Part shown: one piece after another, positions 17,725-26,394 of the stretch
Layout of the letters: each line of letters opens with the position of its first letter
Position numbering within the stretch: the first letter of the stretch is position 1
Source of the DNA: a virus
Taxonomy: Duplodnaviria; Caudoviricetes
Length of the DNA: 35,577 nucleotides
Direction: 5' to 3' (one strand)
Virus record (IMG/VR): IMGVR_UViG_3300035135_002526
Span: 1 to 35,577 of that record
Translations under genes and position numbers: made by a program
Notes under the pieces: generated by a model
The model's input: the letters and a program-made list of their open reading frames with translations, nothing else
What the model was told of the DNA's origin: nothing
The model's database searches: none

Positions 17725-18828
17725 TTACCACCGACACTGTGCAGTAGGAAGTTGAATACGTTTGATGTGTTTATTATACAAATTAATTATTGCATCATAT
17801 ACACGCCATTGATCATGCTCTCTAGGCATTCTGAAACCATTTGCTTCTTGTTCTTTGTAATAATCATCCTTGAGTGTTTGTTGAACTGTGTTAGGATCAC
17901 CATACAGTTTAATAAACAACTGGCCTAGCTCAATATCAAATTGTTCATCAAGAGTAAAACCTTGTACTTCTGCTTCTTTGTACAACAACGCCATAGGACG
18001 CCATACCTCTAACTCTGCAGGAGCAAGATCCCATGTACGTTTGTGAAACTGTAATGCTCTTTTGAAATATTTGCCCTTTACACCATAGTCGTCCGCCATT
18101 TCAAATATTGCTTGTCCACTTTTGATCTGACTAAAAGCATTATTAGTATTTGCATTACGTTTGGGATAAAACCCTGCTGATGTTAGAATATTGTTCATAT
18201 GAACAGTATGTGTATCTTTTGTTTCGAGCAAGATCATATACTCATCATATGCATGAAGTTTACGTTTGTTACGACTGTTAATACGAATCATATTCTGGCC
18301 TGCAAGCCACACACCATATTCTACTTTGTCATCAAAGCCGGCGGCACTAACTTCTTCATCTGTAATCAAGTCAGTGTCAATATACCATACAGGAAATTTT
18401 GTATAGTTTTGTCGCTTCATTGCTTGTGCAGTATGATGTCCGTCCCATAGCATATACTTGCCGTCAATCTTAATTGCAGTTGGAACGATTACACAGGTAG
18501 GATCAAAGTCCTGTTCAATTTTGTATAAATGGTTTGGCGCAACGTCACGTTGAAATCGCGGCCAAAGAAATAGTTGCTCCCAGGTAACATAGTCAAATTT
18601 GACTACACCTGTACGTGGATCAAAAGGATCCTTTTCTTGTGGATGTTTCTGAGGTCCTAGCACAATGTCAATTGCGTCTGCAATGTCTGCTAGTGGAATA
18701 ATACCATTCTCATAGTTGTCTGCCATTGTACGAGTGTCAATAGCATCGTCTTTCATTTCAAAAGATACAGTGAATTTTGAGAGGTACTTATTAATTTCAA
18801 CCAGACGGTTGTAAGGTTTCGTTTTCAT
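17725..18828 (-). CDS. ParB/Srx-like N-terminal domain protein
   Basis: FQR...DFDP...LWDGHHT motif. Confidence 0.7.
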   Translation of the reverse strand: MKTKPYNRLVEINKYLSKFTVSFEMKDDAIDTRTMADNYENGIIPLADIADAIDIVLGPQKHPQEKDPFDPRTGVVKFDYVTWEQLFLWPRFQRDVAPNHLYKIEQDFDPTCVIVPTAIKIDGKYMLWDGHHTAQAMKRQNYTKFPVWYIDTDLITDEEVSAAGFDDKVEYGVWLAGQNMIRINSRNKRKLHAYDEYMILLETKDTHTVHMNNILTSAGFYPKRNANTNNAFSQIKSGQAIFEMADDYGVKGKYFKRALQFHKRTWDLAPAELEVWRPMALLYKEAEVQGFTLDEQFDIELGQLFIKLYGDPNTVQQTLKDDYYKEQEANGFRMPREHDQWRVYDAIINLYNKHIKRIQLPTAQCRW

Positions 18829-18895
18829 GTTCTTTCCTTTGCTACTTTAATTTTGCATTTAGTGTAGTGCGTAACGAATTACTGGCTACACTTAT

Positions 18896-18923
18896 ATAAT
18901 AACACCTTTAAGGTAGATGTCAA
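18896..18923 (-). promoter_or_regulatory. Sigma70-type promoter (extended -10)
   Basis: TTGACA-N16-TATTAT with TG extension. Confidence 0.6.
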
Positions 18924-18924
18924 C

Positions 18925-19140
18925 CTATTTTGTAATGGTGGTTTTTCCGCTTCTAATCGTTACTGCTTGAATTGTATTACCCCATTTGTCTGTGCAATAC
19001 TTCTTAGCAATGTTTTCTTCTGAGTAAAAGTTTGCAGGCAAAGGAGCAACAACAGTTTTATCTGCATCAGCTTCTCTGCCTAATGATACCCCTAGAACAA
19101 AAGAGATGAGTACTGCGAATATATATCCGTAGGCATGCAT
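18925..19140 (-). CDS. Small exported/membrane protein
   Basis: Signal-like N-terminus; TAATG overlap. Confidence 0.6.
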   Translation of the reverse strand: MHAYGYIFAVLISFVLGVSLGREADADKTVVAPLPANFYSEENIAKKYCTDKWGNTIQAVTIRSGKTTITK

Positions 19141-19652
19141 TAGTCCACCTTTAATGTGTTAGCAAGTTCTTGGTCAGCATTTGTAAAATTGTTATCTACA
19201 ATGCCACTTACACTATCGGCTTTAATCAAAACCCAAGCATGAAACATAAGTCTTTTCTTCTCTTGTTTCACAACAATTTCATCAGGTTCGATATCACCAA
19301 TTAATGTTTTACACTTTGATTCGGTAATGCTTCTACCAGTTAAAGCAGTTTGACTTTGAGCACCTTTAGAATTATGTGCTGAAGTAGTTGTGGTATTTGA
19401 TCTAACTTCTATGTTAGATTTTTTACAAATATCTCCGCTTGCTTGGTGATGTGCATACGCAAGAGCCTCGCCATAATCAGAAGATTTAGCATAACCTACA
19501 CCAACATTTGGATCATGTTTTTTTAGTGCGAATTTGGGCACTTCCATTTCTTTTTGCGGTTCGAATTGATCTAACTGAACCATTTTAGTGTTACTGCAAC
19601 CTGCAAGAAACACACCAACTGCGCCTATTAAAATTAAATGTTTGCCTTTCAT
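19140..19652 (-). CDS. Lipoprotein (LPP20-like; start MKGKH at 19652)
   Basis: Signal peptide with LAGC lipobox; GAGG RBS. Confidence 0.75.
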   Translation of the reverse strand: MKGKHLILIGAVGVFLAGCSNTKMVQLDQFEPQKEMEVPKFALKKHDPNVGVGYAKSSDYGEALAYAHHQASGDICKKSNIEVRSNTTTTSAHNSKGAQSQTALTGRSITESKCKTLIGDIEPDEIVVKQEKKRLMFHAWVLIKADSVSGIVDNNFTNADQELANTLKVD

Positions 19653-19717
19653 AACAGCCTCTTTCATAGTTAATATTATAACTTTAGCATCTTTCAACAC
19701 TAATGTCAACCATTAAA

Positions 19718-19816
19718 TTACAATTCATCATTAAAATACATATCAATCATTATATACGTCATAATATTTGATACCATCATAACAATGAACATCATATAGC
19801 CAGCAAAATCAATCAT
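19718..19816 (-). CDS. Small Met-rich hydrophobic peptide, 32 aa (not in the ORF track)
   Basis: MIDFAGYMMFIVMMVSNIMTYIMIDMYFNDEL; the start overlaps the upstream stop (ATGATTGA). Confidence 0.5.
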   Translation of the reverse strand: MIDFAGYMMFIVMMVSNIMTYIMIDMYFNDEL

Positions 19817-20282
19817 CGTGTGTCCAACTGTAGTGTCCTAAACCTTCAGCTTCTGCCCAACGAATGAACAGGCCGGCCTCTCTACCATGAGCTTCAATTT
19901 CCCAAGGCTGATCCCAATAATCAGGATCTTTGTCAATCCATTTACCTTGCCAACGATGTTTGTTGACTATAGTGCCTTGATAAAGTTCGCCCCTAGCATA
20001 CTGTTTGACATGAACCATTTCATGTGCAACTGTTTCTAAAATTTTACGGAGTTTCATTTTGCTATGGATTTCTAGCTCGAACTCTTTCGGACGATCGGGC
20101 CGTGTTGCATCACCTTCTGGATCAGCTAAACAAAAACCATATGCATTTGCCTTTGTAAGATCTTTCAACACAACTGTGATATCTAAGTTATGCTGTCTAG
20201 GCATAAGTTTTTTAACACAAAATTTAACCATGCTTTTGATATGCTTTTTCTGACTCTTTGTTCCGCCACGCACTCTAACCAT
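19809..20282 (-). CDS. Zincin-type metallopeptidase
   Basis: AHEMVHVKQ (HEXXH) and PWEIEA motifs. Confidence 0.8.
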   Translation of the reverse strand: MVRVRGGTKSQKKHIKSMVKFCVKKLMPRQHNLDITVVLKDLTKANAYGFCLADPEGDATRPDRPKEFELEIHSKMKLRKILETVAHEMVHVKQYARGELYQGTIVNKHRWQGKWIDKDPDYWDQPWEIEAHGREAGLFIRWAEAEGLGHYSWTHDD

Positions 20283-20316
20283 AGTTTTTGTCACTCCTAT
20301 CAATGAATGTACATAC

Positions 20317-20345
20317 ATTATAGCAAGATCGCACGGATTTGTCAA
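20317..20345 (-). promoter_or_regulatory. Consensus sigma70 promoter
   Basis: Exact TTGACA-N17-TATAAT. Confidence 0.85.
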
Positions 20346-20379
20346 CCAAAAAGAAATGTAGTTAAATCAGTGACTTAGC

Positions 20380-20598
20380 TTAAAGTCTGAAAATAATTCT
20401 ACCTTTTTCTAAGTCATATGGCGTCATTTCGACACGTACTTTGTCGCCTTGCACCAATCTTATGCGGAATTGTCGCATTTTGCCGCCGGTATATGCAACT
20501 ATTTGATGTCCGTTTTCCAGTGTTACTCTGAACATTTGGTTAGGTAGGACTTCTGTGATTTCACCTTCTTGCTCGAACAAGTCGCTGTTTTTTGCCAA
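20380..20598 (-). CDS. infA: Translation initiation factor IF-1
   Basis: [16 protein letters not shown]...GKMR...IR...[20 protein letters not shown]; TTG start with AGGAG RBS. Confidence 0.96.
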   Translation of the reverse strand: MAKNSDLFEQEGEITEVLPNQMFRVTLENGHQIVAYTGGKMRQFRIRLVQGDKVRVEMTPYDLEKGRIIFRL

Positions 20599-20600
20599 TT

Positions 20601-20801
20601 TTACTCCTTTTCTTCTGGGTCAACTTTTGTAATTATAATTGTTCCTTGGTCGCCAATTTCTACCTTGATAGTATCCCCTTCTTTCCAGCCTTGGGCTTCC
20701 ATAATTTCTTCCGGAATTTTCATATTAATATTATCCGGATCTCCGGGGATATCTGTAAAAATATCATCAGCTTTGAATATGTATCTATTTTGATCTTCCA
20801 T
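20601..20801 (-). CDS. AbrB/MazE-like swapped-hairpin protein
   Basis: [17 protein letters not shown] motif. Confidence 0.7.
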   Translation of the reverse strand: MEDQNRYIFKADDIFTDIPGDPDNINMKIPEEIMEAQGWKEGDTIKVEIGDQGTIIITKVDPEEKE

Positions 20802-21092
20802 CTAAACCTCCAAATCAATGTTAGGATCATTTTTTTCTACTTGTGCGTCCAAGTATTTGCGAATCCTTATATCTAGTAAGGATTTTTCAATTCTGTCTTG
20901 TTGCTCGTTGTATTTCTTTACAAGATCAATATTTACACTTGCTCTTGTACTAGGTTCTACTACCCTTGTTGCTTGTTTGTCAATCGGCGGCTTTATATGT
21001 TCGCTATTAGGTTGCACATTAGGATGACCATACATTGTTGCTTTCATTGTGTTGTGAACATCAAATGGCATTCCGTTGTTAGGTGTAATCAT
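20802..21092 (-). CDS. Hypothetical protein
   Basis: AGGAG RBS. Confidence 0.65.
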   Translation of the reverse strand: MITPNNGMPFDVHNTMKATMYGHPNVQPNSEHIKPPIDKQATRVVEPSTRASVNIDLVKKYNEQQDRIEKSLLDIRIRKYLDAQVEKNDPNIDLEV

Positions 21093-21118
21093 AATATTCT
21101 CCTGTTATAAATACTTAT

Positions 21119-21553
21119 ATGAAAGACGTCTATGTTGATGCATTTCGAGACGTTGTACAAGAAACGTCAGTGTCAACTGGTTTTGAACTACCGGAACCAG
21201 TCGAGGCATACTTAGTTATGCTACTTGCAAGTAAAGTTGAAGTAGTACAAATCCTTCCTACGAACTCATTTGCCGAATCATATTTAGAATTACATAAATC
21301 CTCTAAGTTAAATGCAAAAGAACTAGGCGATACTTGTTTATTTGTCACAGGCGTTTTTCCTGACTTTGGCAAATCAAAAGGGTTAAACAGACGGTACTAT
21401 CAATCAATAGGTTCTTCATCTTATGAGATGGTTTCGGGTACAATGAATGGCGAACTATTTTCAATGCTCGCCAAACACTTTGTATTTTTGAGTGAATTTA
21501 TAGAACAAGTTACACATTCTTCCAAACATGAACTGAATAACCTTTTCCGTTAG
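21119..21553 (+). CDS. Hypothetical helical protein
   Basis: TATAAATA 5 nt before the ATG; KELGDTCLFVTGVF...YYQSIG.SSY motif. Confidence 0.7.
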   Translation: MKDVYVDAFRDVVQETSVSTGFELPEPVEAYLVMLLASKVEVVQILPTNSFAESYLELHKSSKLNAKELGDTCLFVTGVFPDFGKSKGLNRRYYQSIGSSSYEMVSGTMNGELFSMLAKHFVFLSEFIEQVTHSSKHELNNLFR

Positions 21554-22208
21554 TATCGCCACCAACGTTGTCAATATCTTCTCCGTCATATTCCAAACTA
21601 TGGACAGTATCATCACCGTTCAAATATTCAGTAGTATGAAGACGCAACTTACTTGGATCAAATTCACCTATTGTTTCTATGACTCCATCAAAAAAGGTAC
21701 CTTTTTCTGCACTCCAAAATTGCAATACATAATCTGATTCTTCACCTTCATCAACATCCATATTGACATCTATTTCTGATTCATCGCAATACTGTGACAA
21801 ATCTACACCGTCAACGATATAGTTTTTATGCGAAGCATTGTAGTCATCGCCGTCTACTTCTTCTATCGTAATCGATGCATTACTATAGTCTACACCATAT
21901 TGATGGGCAAAGCTAGTTGGGGACTCATACCAAGGATGCGGTCCATCTTCACTATTTAGAAACATCATAGATTCATCAAGTTCGTCTATATCATCAAACT
22001 CGAATTCTTCATCTTCTGAGTTTACACAATAATGTACAGCGTCACCGTCACCATTTTCTTCAATTTGTTCATTCCAAAAATCAAACTGCTCTTTGGTTAA
22101 ACTCATGTATTCTGCTTCGCCGCCATACCCCCAAATAGATACACGATAATATCGTGGACCTTTTATAGTTTCTACTAACTCTTGATTTTCTTCCGAAGTG
22201 TATGTCAT
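21510..22208 (-). CDS. Highly acidic hypothetical protein
   Basis: 232 aa, very D/E rich, GYGGE...EKG.F motifs. Confidence 0.7.
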   Translation of the reverse strand: MTYTSEENQELVETIKGPRYYRVSIWGYGGEAEYMSLTKEQFDFWNEQIEENGDGDAVHYCVNSEDEEFEFDDIDELDESMMFLNSEDGPHPWYESPTSFAHQYGVDYSNASITIEEVDGDDYNASHKNYIVDGVDLSQYCDESEIDVNMDVDEGEESDYVLQFWSAEKGTFFDGVIETIGEFDPSKLRLHTTEYLNGDDTVHSLEYDGEDIDNVGGDTNGKGYSVHVWKNV

Positions 22209-22774
22209 ACTGCAACACCAACAATATCAGCCATCTTATGTTTAGATAATTCTAAATACTCTAAGCAGTTTTCTGGTGTTGATTCTACATACGGATCTTC
22301 GTCTTCACCGTCATTGTTGATGCCAGGTTCCTGCCACCACTTTTCGATCACACCATTATCAATAACTGCCATAAAACGCCATGAACGCATACCAAAACCA
22401 AGATGGTTTTTACCGATAAGCATACCCATAAAACGTGTCATGTTACCTGAACCGTCTGGAATTACTTTTACACGTTCAATACATTGAGCTTTAGCCCATG
22501 CATTCATAACAAATGCATCGTTTACACTCATGCAATAAACTTCATCAATACCGTAATCTTTAATTTTGTTGTAATTTTCTTCAAAACCTGGCAACTGATA
22601 TGTGCTACAAGTCGGTGTAAATGCACCTGGTAGACTGAAAAGAACTACACGTTTACCTTTGAAATAATCGTCGGTTGTTTTTTCCTCCCAACGAAAAGGA
22701 TTTGGCCCGTCTAAGCTATCATCACGGACACGAGTCTGAAAAGTTACCTTTGGCAACCTAAAGCCTTCAATCAT
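22205..22774 (-). CDS. Peroxiredoxin (Prx5/redoxin type)
   Basis: PGAFTPTCS, SVNDAFVMNAW, DGSG and RSWR motifs. Confidence 0.95.
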   Translation of the reverse strand: MIEGFRLPKVTFQTRVRDDSLDGPNPFRWEEKTTDDYFKGKRVVLFSLPGAFTPTCSTYQLPGFEENYNKIKDYGIDEVYCMSVNDAFVMNAWAKAQCIERVKVIPDGSGNMTRFMGMLIGKNHLGFGMRSWRFMAVIDNGVIEKWWQEPGINNDGEDEDPYVESTPENCLEYLELSKHKMADIVGVAV

Positions 22775-22807
22775 AATTTTCTCCTATTAGTTCGAACGAC
22801 AGTATTA

Positions 22808-22835
22808 ATTATAACACCTTAGAAGGTTTTGTCAA
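22808..22835 (-). promoter_or_regulatory. Sigma70 promoter (extended -10)
   Basis: TTGACA-N16-TATAAT with TG extension. Confidence 0.75.
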
Positions 22836-22849
22836 CCAATATGATTAAA

Positions 22850-23158
22850 TTATTTTTTCCTCAGCTTGTCGCGTAAGCTATTTAAATTTTTTTCTCTTTC
22901 ATCGGATTCAAATCGTTGAACAGCTATTTTCTTTTTTTGTTCAACAATCCACTCTGAAGTATTTCGTTGTGTCGATGCCGAGAATGATGAATTCGCCACC
23001 ATTGACTTGGGTTGTGCCTGTGTAATTTTAGTGGGTTCTTTATCCCCTCCAATGCGGCTTTTAGCAATGGCGATTCTCCGCTTGATTGAAGAAATTCTAT
23101 CAGTGAGCTCCTCCTTGGGTCGTGCATAAGTCTCCTCTTTTTTAAAAAAATTAAACAT
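22850..23158 (-). CDS. Basic hypothetical protein (start MFNFF at 23158)
   Basis: TAATG overlap with the upstream ORF. Confidence 0.6.
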   Translation of the reverse strand: MFNFFKKEETYARPKEELTDRISSIKRRIAIAKSRIGGDKEPTKITQAQPKSMVANSSFSASTQRNTSEWIVEQKKKIAVQRFESDEREKNLNSLRDKLRKK

Positions 23159-23346
23159 TATTTTTTCTCTACTGTTATGTAAGCAGGGCAATCACTACTA
23201 TAATTAATTATTTTAGTTGCAGGATAAAAGTAATAATATCGGCTAGTAGAATAATCCGAATAATATTTACATACTTTAACCAAAGTATTTACTCCACCTA
23301 TCCAAATGTGTGTTGCTGTAACAGCAGACAACGCTAAAGTTAACAT
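23158..23346 (-). CDS. Small hypothetical protein (start MLTLAL at 23346)
   Basis: TAATG overlaps at both ends; one Cys pair. Confidence 0.55.
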   Translation of the reverse strand: MLTLALSAVTATHIWIGGVNTLVKVCKYYSDYSTSRYYYFYPATKIINYSSDCPAYITVEKK

Positions 23347-23822
23347 TACCAGCGTCCTTGGCCAACTCCTATGAAATACAGTATGACTCCTAGCAGACCT
23401 AAGCCCACAGCTACCGCTAGTATACCTATAACCCATGCAAGTATTAATTCTTTTCTTTCTTCTGCAGCATAAACAGCCTCTTTTTGCTCTTTACGCATTT
23501 TTGCTTCGATATGGACTATTTCGTCCCAAGCACTAGGTCCATAATATAAAGAAATGTATTGGCGTAATTCTTCACGCATTTCTTTTGCTTTTTGTTTATG
23601 CATCCATACTTCCATAGCCGTAGCTTCAACACCACCGCCAAGTTTTTTGAACCAAGCAGGTTTTTCTGCCTTTTTATGTGCATAATCTAAGTCGCTGATT
23701 GCTTTTGACCATTGGCCCAGTTGTGAGCCCATGTCTTGGATATCTTTGCCTACTGAAATGGCTTGTTTAATTCCATTGAAGGCTGTGGTTGCCAACCCTA
23801 TAGCTGTAACCGGATCTACCAT
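23346..23822 (-). CDS. Conserved phage protein with C-terminal TM anchor
   Basis: MVDPVTAIGLA.. N-terminus, helical body, C-terminal hydrophobic segment. Confidence 0.7.
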   Translation of the reverse strand: MVDPVTAIGLATTAFNGIKQAISVGKDIQDMGSQLGQWSKAISDLDYAHKKAEKPAWFKKLGGGVEATAMEVWMHKQKAKEMREELRQYISLYYGPSAWDEIVHIEAKMRKEQKEAVYAAEERKELILAWVIGILAVAVGLGLLGVILYFIGVGQGRW

Positions 23823-23920
23823 ATTGTACCCCCTTTGTAGTGTAGATTTGCCCTATCTACAACTGTATTTAACCAAAAAGGTACTATATATAACTACAGG
23901 TTATTAGCATATATGAAATA

Positions 23921-24544
23921 TTATTGCATGTCGTTTAAAGGATTGTCTAGAGCTTCTTCTAACTTTTCTTTCATTTCCTTTTCTAAAGATTTCATATCAG
24001 CATCAATTCTATCCTCAGTCTCACGCATCGTTGATCTGACATCTTTTTCCGACTGTCTTATAACTGCTTCAACTTCTCTGATACTTGCTGTAACATCTTT
24101 CTGCACTGTGTTCATATCTTGTAACACACTTTCTAACATTGCTTCTATAGATGATTGTGCGTCTTTTACCCTGTCCTCAGATTTATCAGTTTTATCTTCT
24201 AATCTTTCAACTAGCCTTTCCATTTCATGCACATCATCTCTTAAGTCACTTTTAATATCTCTTGTATAAGAAATTGCCTCTTCTAATTTTATTTCTATTT
24301 GTTCGTTACGTGCGGCAATTTCATCTGTATCTATATTGGAAATTATCTCTTTCATATCCATATAGTCTTTATACACAATGAATCCGCCATATAGTGTTCC
24401 TACAAAACTACCAGCTAGTGCTAAAAATGCACTAACAGTAATTGCAGTAACTTTGATTCCAAAGATCTTAAATTGCTTATTTTTTAAGTTTTCTACTTCT
24501 TCCTCAAATTTTTCTAGGCCTTCGCCTAAATCTTTATCGGCCAT
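23921..24544 (-). CDS. Single-TM coiled-coil protein
   Basis: TM segment at about residues 28-58, long heptad region, C-terminal ALDNPL; AGGAGG RBS. Confidence 0.75.
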   Translation of the reverse strand: MADKDLGEGLEKFEEEVENLKNKQFKIFGIKVTAITVSAFLALAGSFVGTLYGGFIVYKDYMDMKEIISNIDTDEIAARNEQIEIKLEEAISYTRDIKSDLRDDVHEMERLVERLEDKTDKSEDRVKDAQSSIEAMLESVLQDMNTVQKDVTASIREVEAVIRQSEKDVRSTMRETEDRIDADMKSLEKEMKEKLEEALDNPLNDMQ

Positions 24545-24555
24545 CGTGCCCTCCT

Positions 24556-26394
24556 TTATCTTTCGTATTGCTGTCTTACCATTTTCCTATGTAACTCATC
24601 ACTAGACATATTAAACAATCTACTGCTTGGGTTATCATAATTTTTTTGACCTGTGTAAATTTCTTTTGGTTGGTAAAAATTTACATCAGCAATTTGTGGT
24701 GTTTGGTAAGCTCTAAAATTTGGATTATATCCTAGTAATGCTGCATTTGCATCTTCATCGTCGGTGCCTTGCATCGCTTTTTTAACAAGTGCATCTTCTT
24801 CAGCATTTTGTTCTTCTATACTTTTTTCATTTTCTTCTGTGGTTTCTTCTACAACTTCTTTTTCTAGTTGTACAATTCTATTGAATGCTAACGCAATAGC
24901 ACTGTCAACTCCTACTACATCAAAATTGTCAACTGTTAATTCTAAAGTAATAACATTTGCATCTCCGTTTTTAGTACCACTTGTTGTTGTTAACATAACT
25001 TCCAATCCTGATTCATCTGTAAATGCTTGATCAATTGTATTAGAGTCTAATGCTGAGACATCATTATTAAAATCAAAAGAACTAGACTGATCACTATTTC
25101 CGCTAGTATTAAGATTTACTCCTGTAGAGGCACTATTTTGTGCATTTGTTAGTGCGCCTTGGCTAGTGCTATTTGCTAAATTTTCAGCTTCAGCAACAGC
25201 AGAAAACGCAATACTTGCCGCACTTACTCTATTAGTTGGTTGCTCAATTACTTCCTCTAATGTTTCTTCTATTGTTTCTTCTGCTATTTCCTCTGCAATA
25301 ATTTCTTTGGTTGTTTCTTCAACTATATCTGCAATAATAGTAGGCTCTCCAGTAATAGTTACTGTAGGATCTTCTACAATAACATTGCTTTGTTCTACAA
25401 TATTTTCATCTATAGTTGTTGTACCATCATCTATCGACTCTGTTGCTACACCTGTTATAGTATCAACAAAACTAACATCGTCTCCTTCTGTAGTACCTGT
25501 CAAATTTAATCCTGCAGCTTGATTTATTTCTTCTATAAGTTCTGTTTGTTGTTCATTCAATGCATCTGCGTATCCGGGACATGTTGGATCAGCTAACGGG
25601 TCTGTGCAATCTTGTTCTGCAGAAGGTATGGCGCTTGGATCAACAACCATTAAGGTATATATACCAGCTTTTTTAAATTCAGGACCGTACCATCCTGCCC
25701 AATAGCCGGCGTCTTTGCCTTCAACTTCTAAAGTAATAGTATCTATTTTATCTCCTGTAATAAAAGGATCATACCATTCCATGCCATATTTTAATTGCCA
25801 GTTATCAATCCAGTAAGAATAATCCCATTCTTTCTCGTGTAAAACATTACCCGCAGAATCCTTTGTAATTACTCTCACAAGTAAAGGATCTTGTCCTAGA
25901 GTACCGTTGGTATCTTCATTATTCGTATCTGCGTTTTTTACGTGCCACTGCCAACGATAACCAACTATAGTAATCCCGACTTGTTTTAAAGCATTTGCAA
26001 TGGCTGATTGAGTCTGAGAAATAATAGTATGCCCATATCCAAATGTAAATGTTCCCATGCCCATATCATCGTGTGTGCTTGTGCCTGTATTTGCACATAA
26101 TCCTGCACTTCCGGGTGCAGTCTCGGCATCCATTCCCCAGGTTCTATACTGGAATTCATCTATACAACCTGTTGTTGCACTGTAGCCATCTTTTTCGATA
26201 ATTTGATCCATGTAGGTTTTATTCTCGTCCATTAGATCGATATCATCTGGAGAGCCATATAATACACTTTGATCTATATCTTGTTGTGTTAGATCACCTT
26301 CGTAGGTGTAGTCTTGAGCTAAACTAGAGACCGAGTAGCAAAAACAAAAGACCACCGCCAAGGATACCTTTGACAGCTCCTTCCATTTGATCAT
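24556..26394 (-). CDS. Large acidic exported protein
   Basis: Signal-like N-terminus, G.D.GYWAGWYGP beta-domain, C.DPL.DP.CPGY motif, E-rich stalk. Confidence 0.75.
   Translation of the reverse strand: MIKWKELSKVSLAVVFCFCYSVSSLAQDYTYEGDLTQQDIDQSVLYGSPDDIDLMDENKTYMDQIIEKDGYSATTGCIDEFQYRTWGMDAETAPGSAGLCANTGTSTHDDMGMGTFTFGYGHTIISQTQSAIANALKQVGITIVGYRWQWHVKNADTNNEDTNGTLGQDPLLVRVITKDSAGNVLHEKEWDYSYWIDNWQLKYGMEWYDPFITGDKIDTITLEVEGKDAGYWAGWYGPEFKKAGIYTLMVVDPSAIPSAEQDCTDPLADPTCPGYADALNEQQTELIEEINQAAGLNLTGTTEGDDVSFVDTITGVATESIDDGTTTIDENIVEQSNVIVEDPTVTITGEPTIIADIVEETTKEIIAEEIAEETIEETLEEVIEQPTNRVSAASIAFSAVAEAENLANSTSQGALTNAQNSASTGVNLNTSGNSDQSSSFDFNNDVSALDSNTIDQAFTDESGLEVMLTTTSGTKNGDANVITLELTVDNFDVVGVDSAIALAFNRIVQLEKEVVEETTEENEKSIEEQNAEEDALVKKAMQGTDDEDANAALLGYNPNFRAYQTPQIADVNFYQPKEIYTGQKNYDNPSSRLFNMSSDELHRKMVRQQYER

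Noticed and set aside
23840-23861. Hairpin UGUAGAU-AGGGCAA-AUCUACA in a 5' UTR as a riboswitch
   Set aside because: It is a single short stem that does not overlap the RBS and has no recognisable aptamer; probably a stability hairpin.
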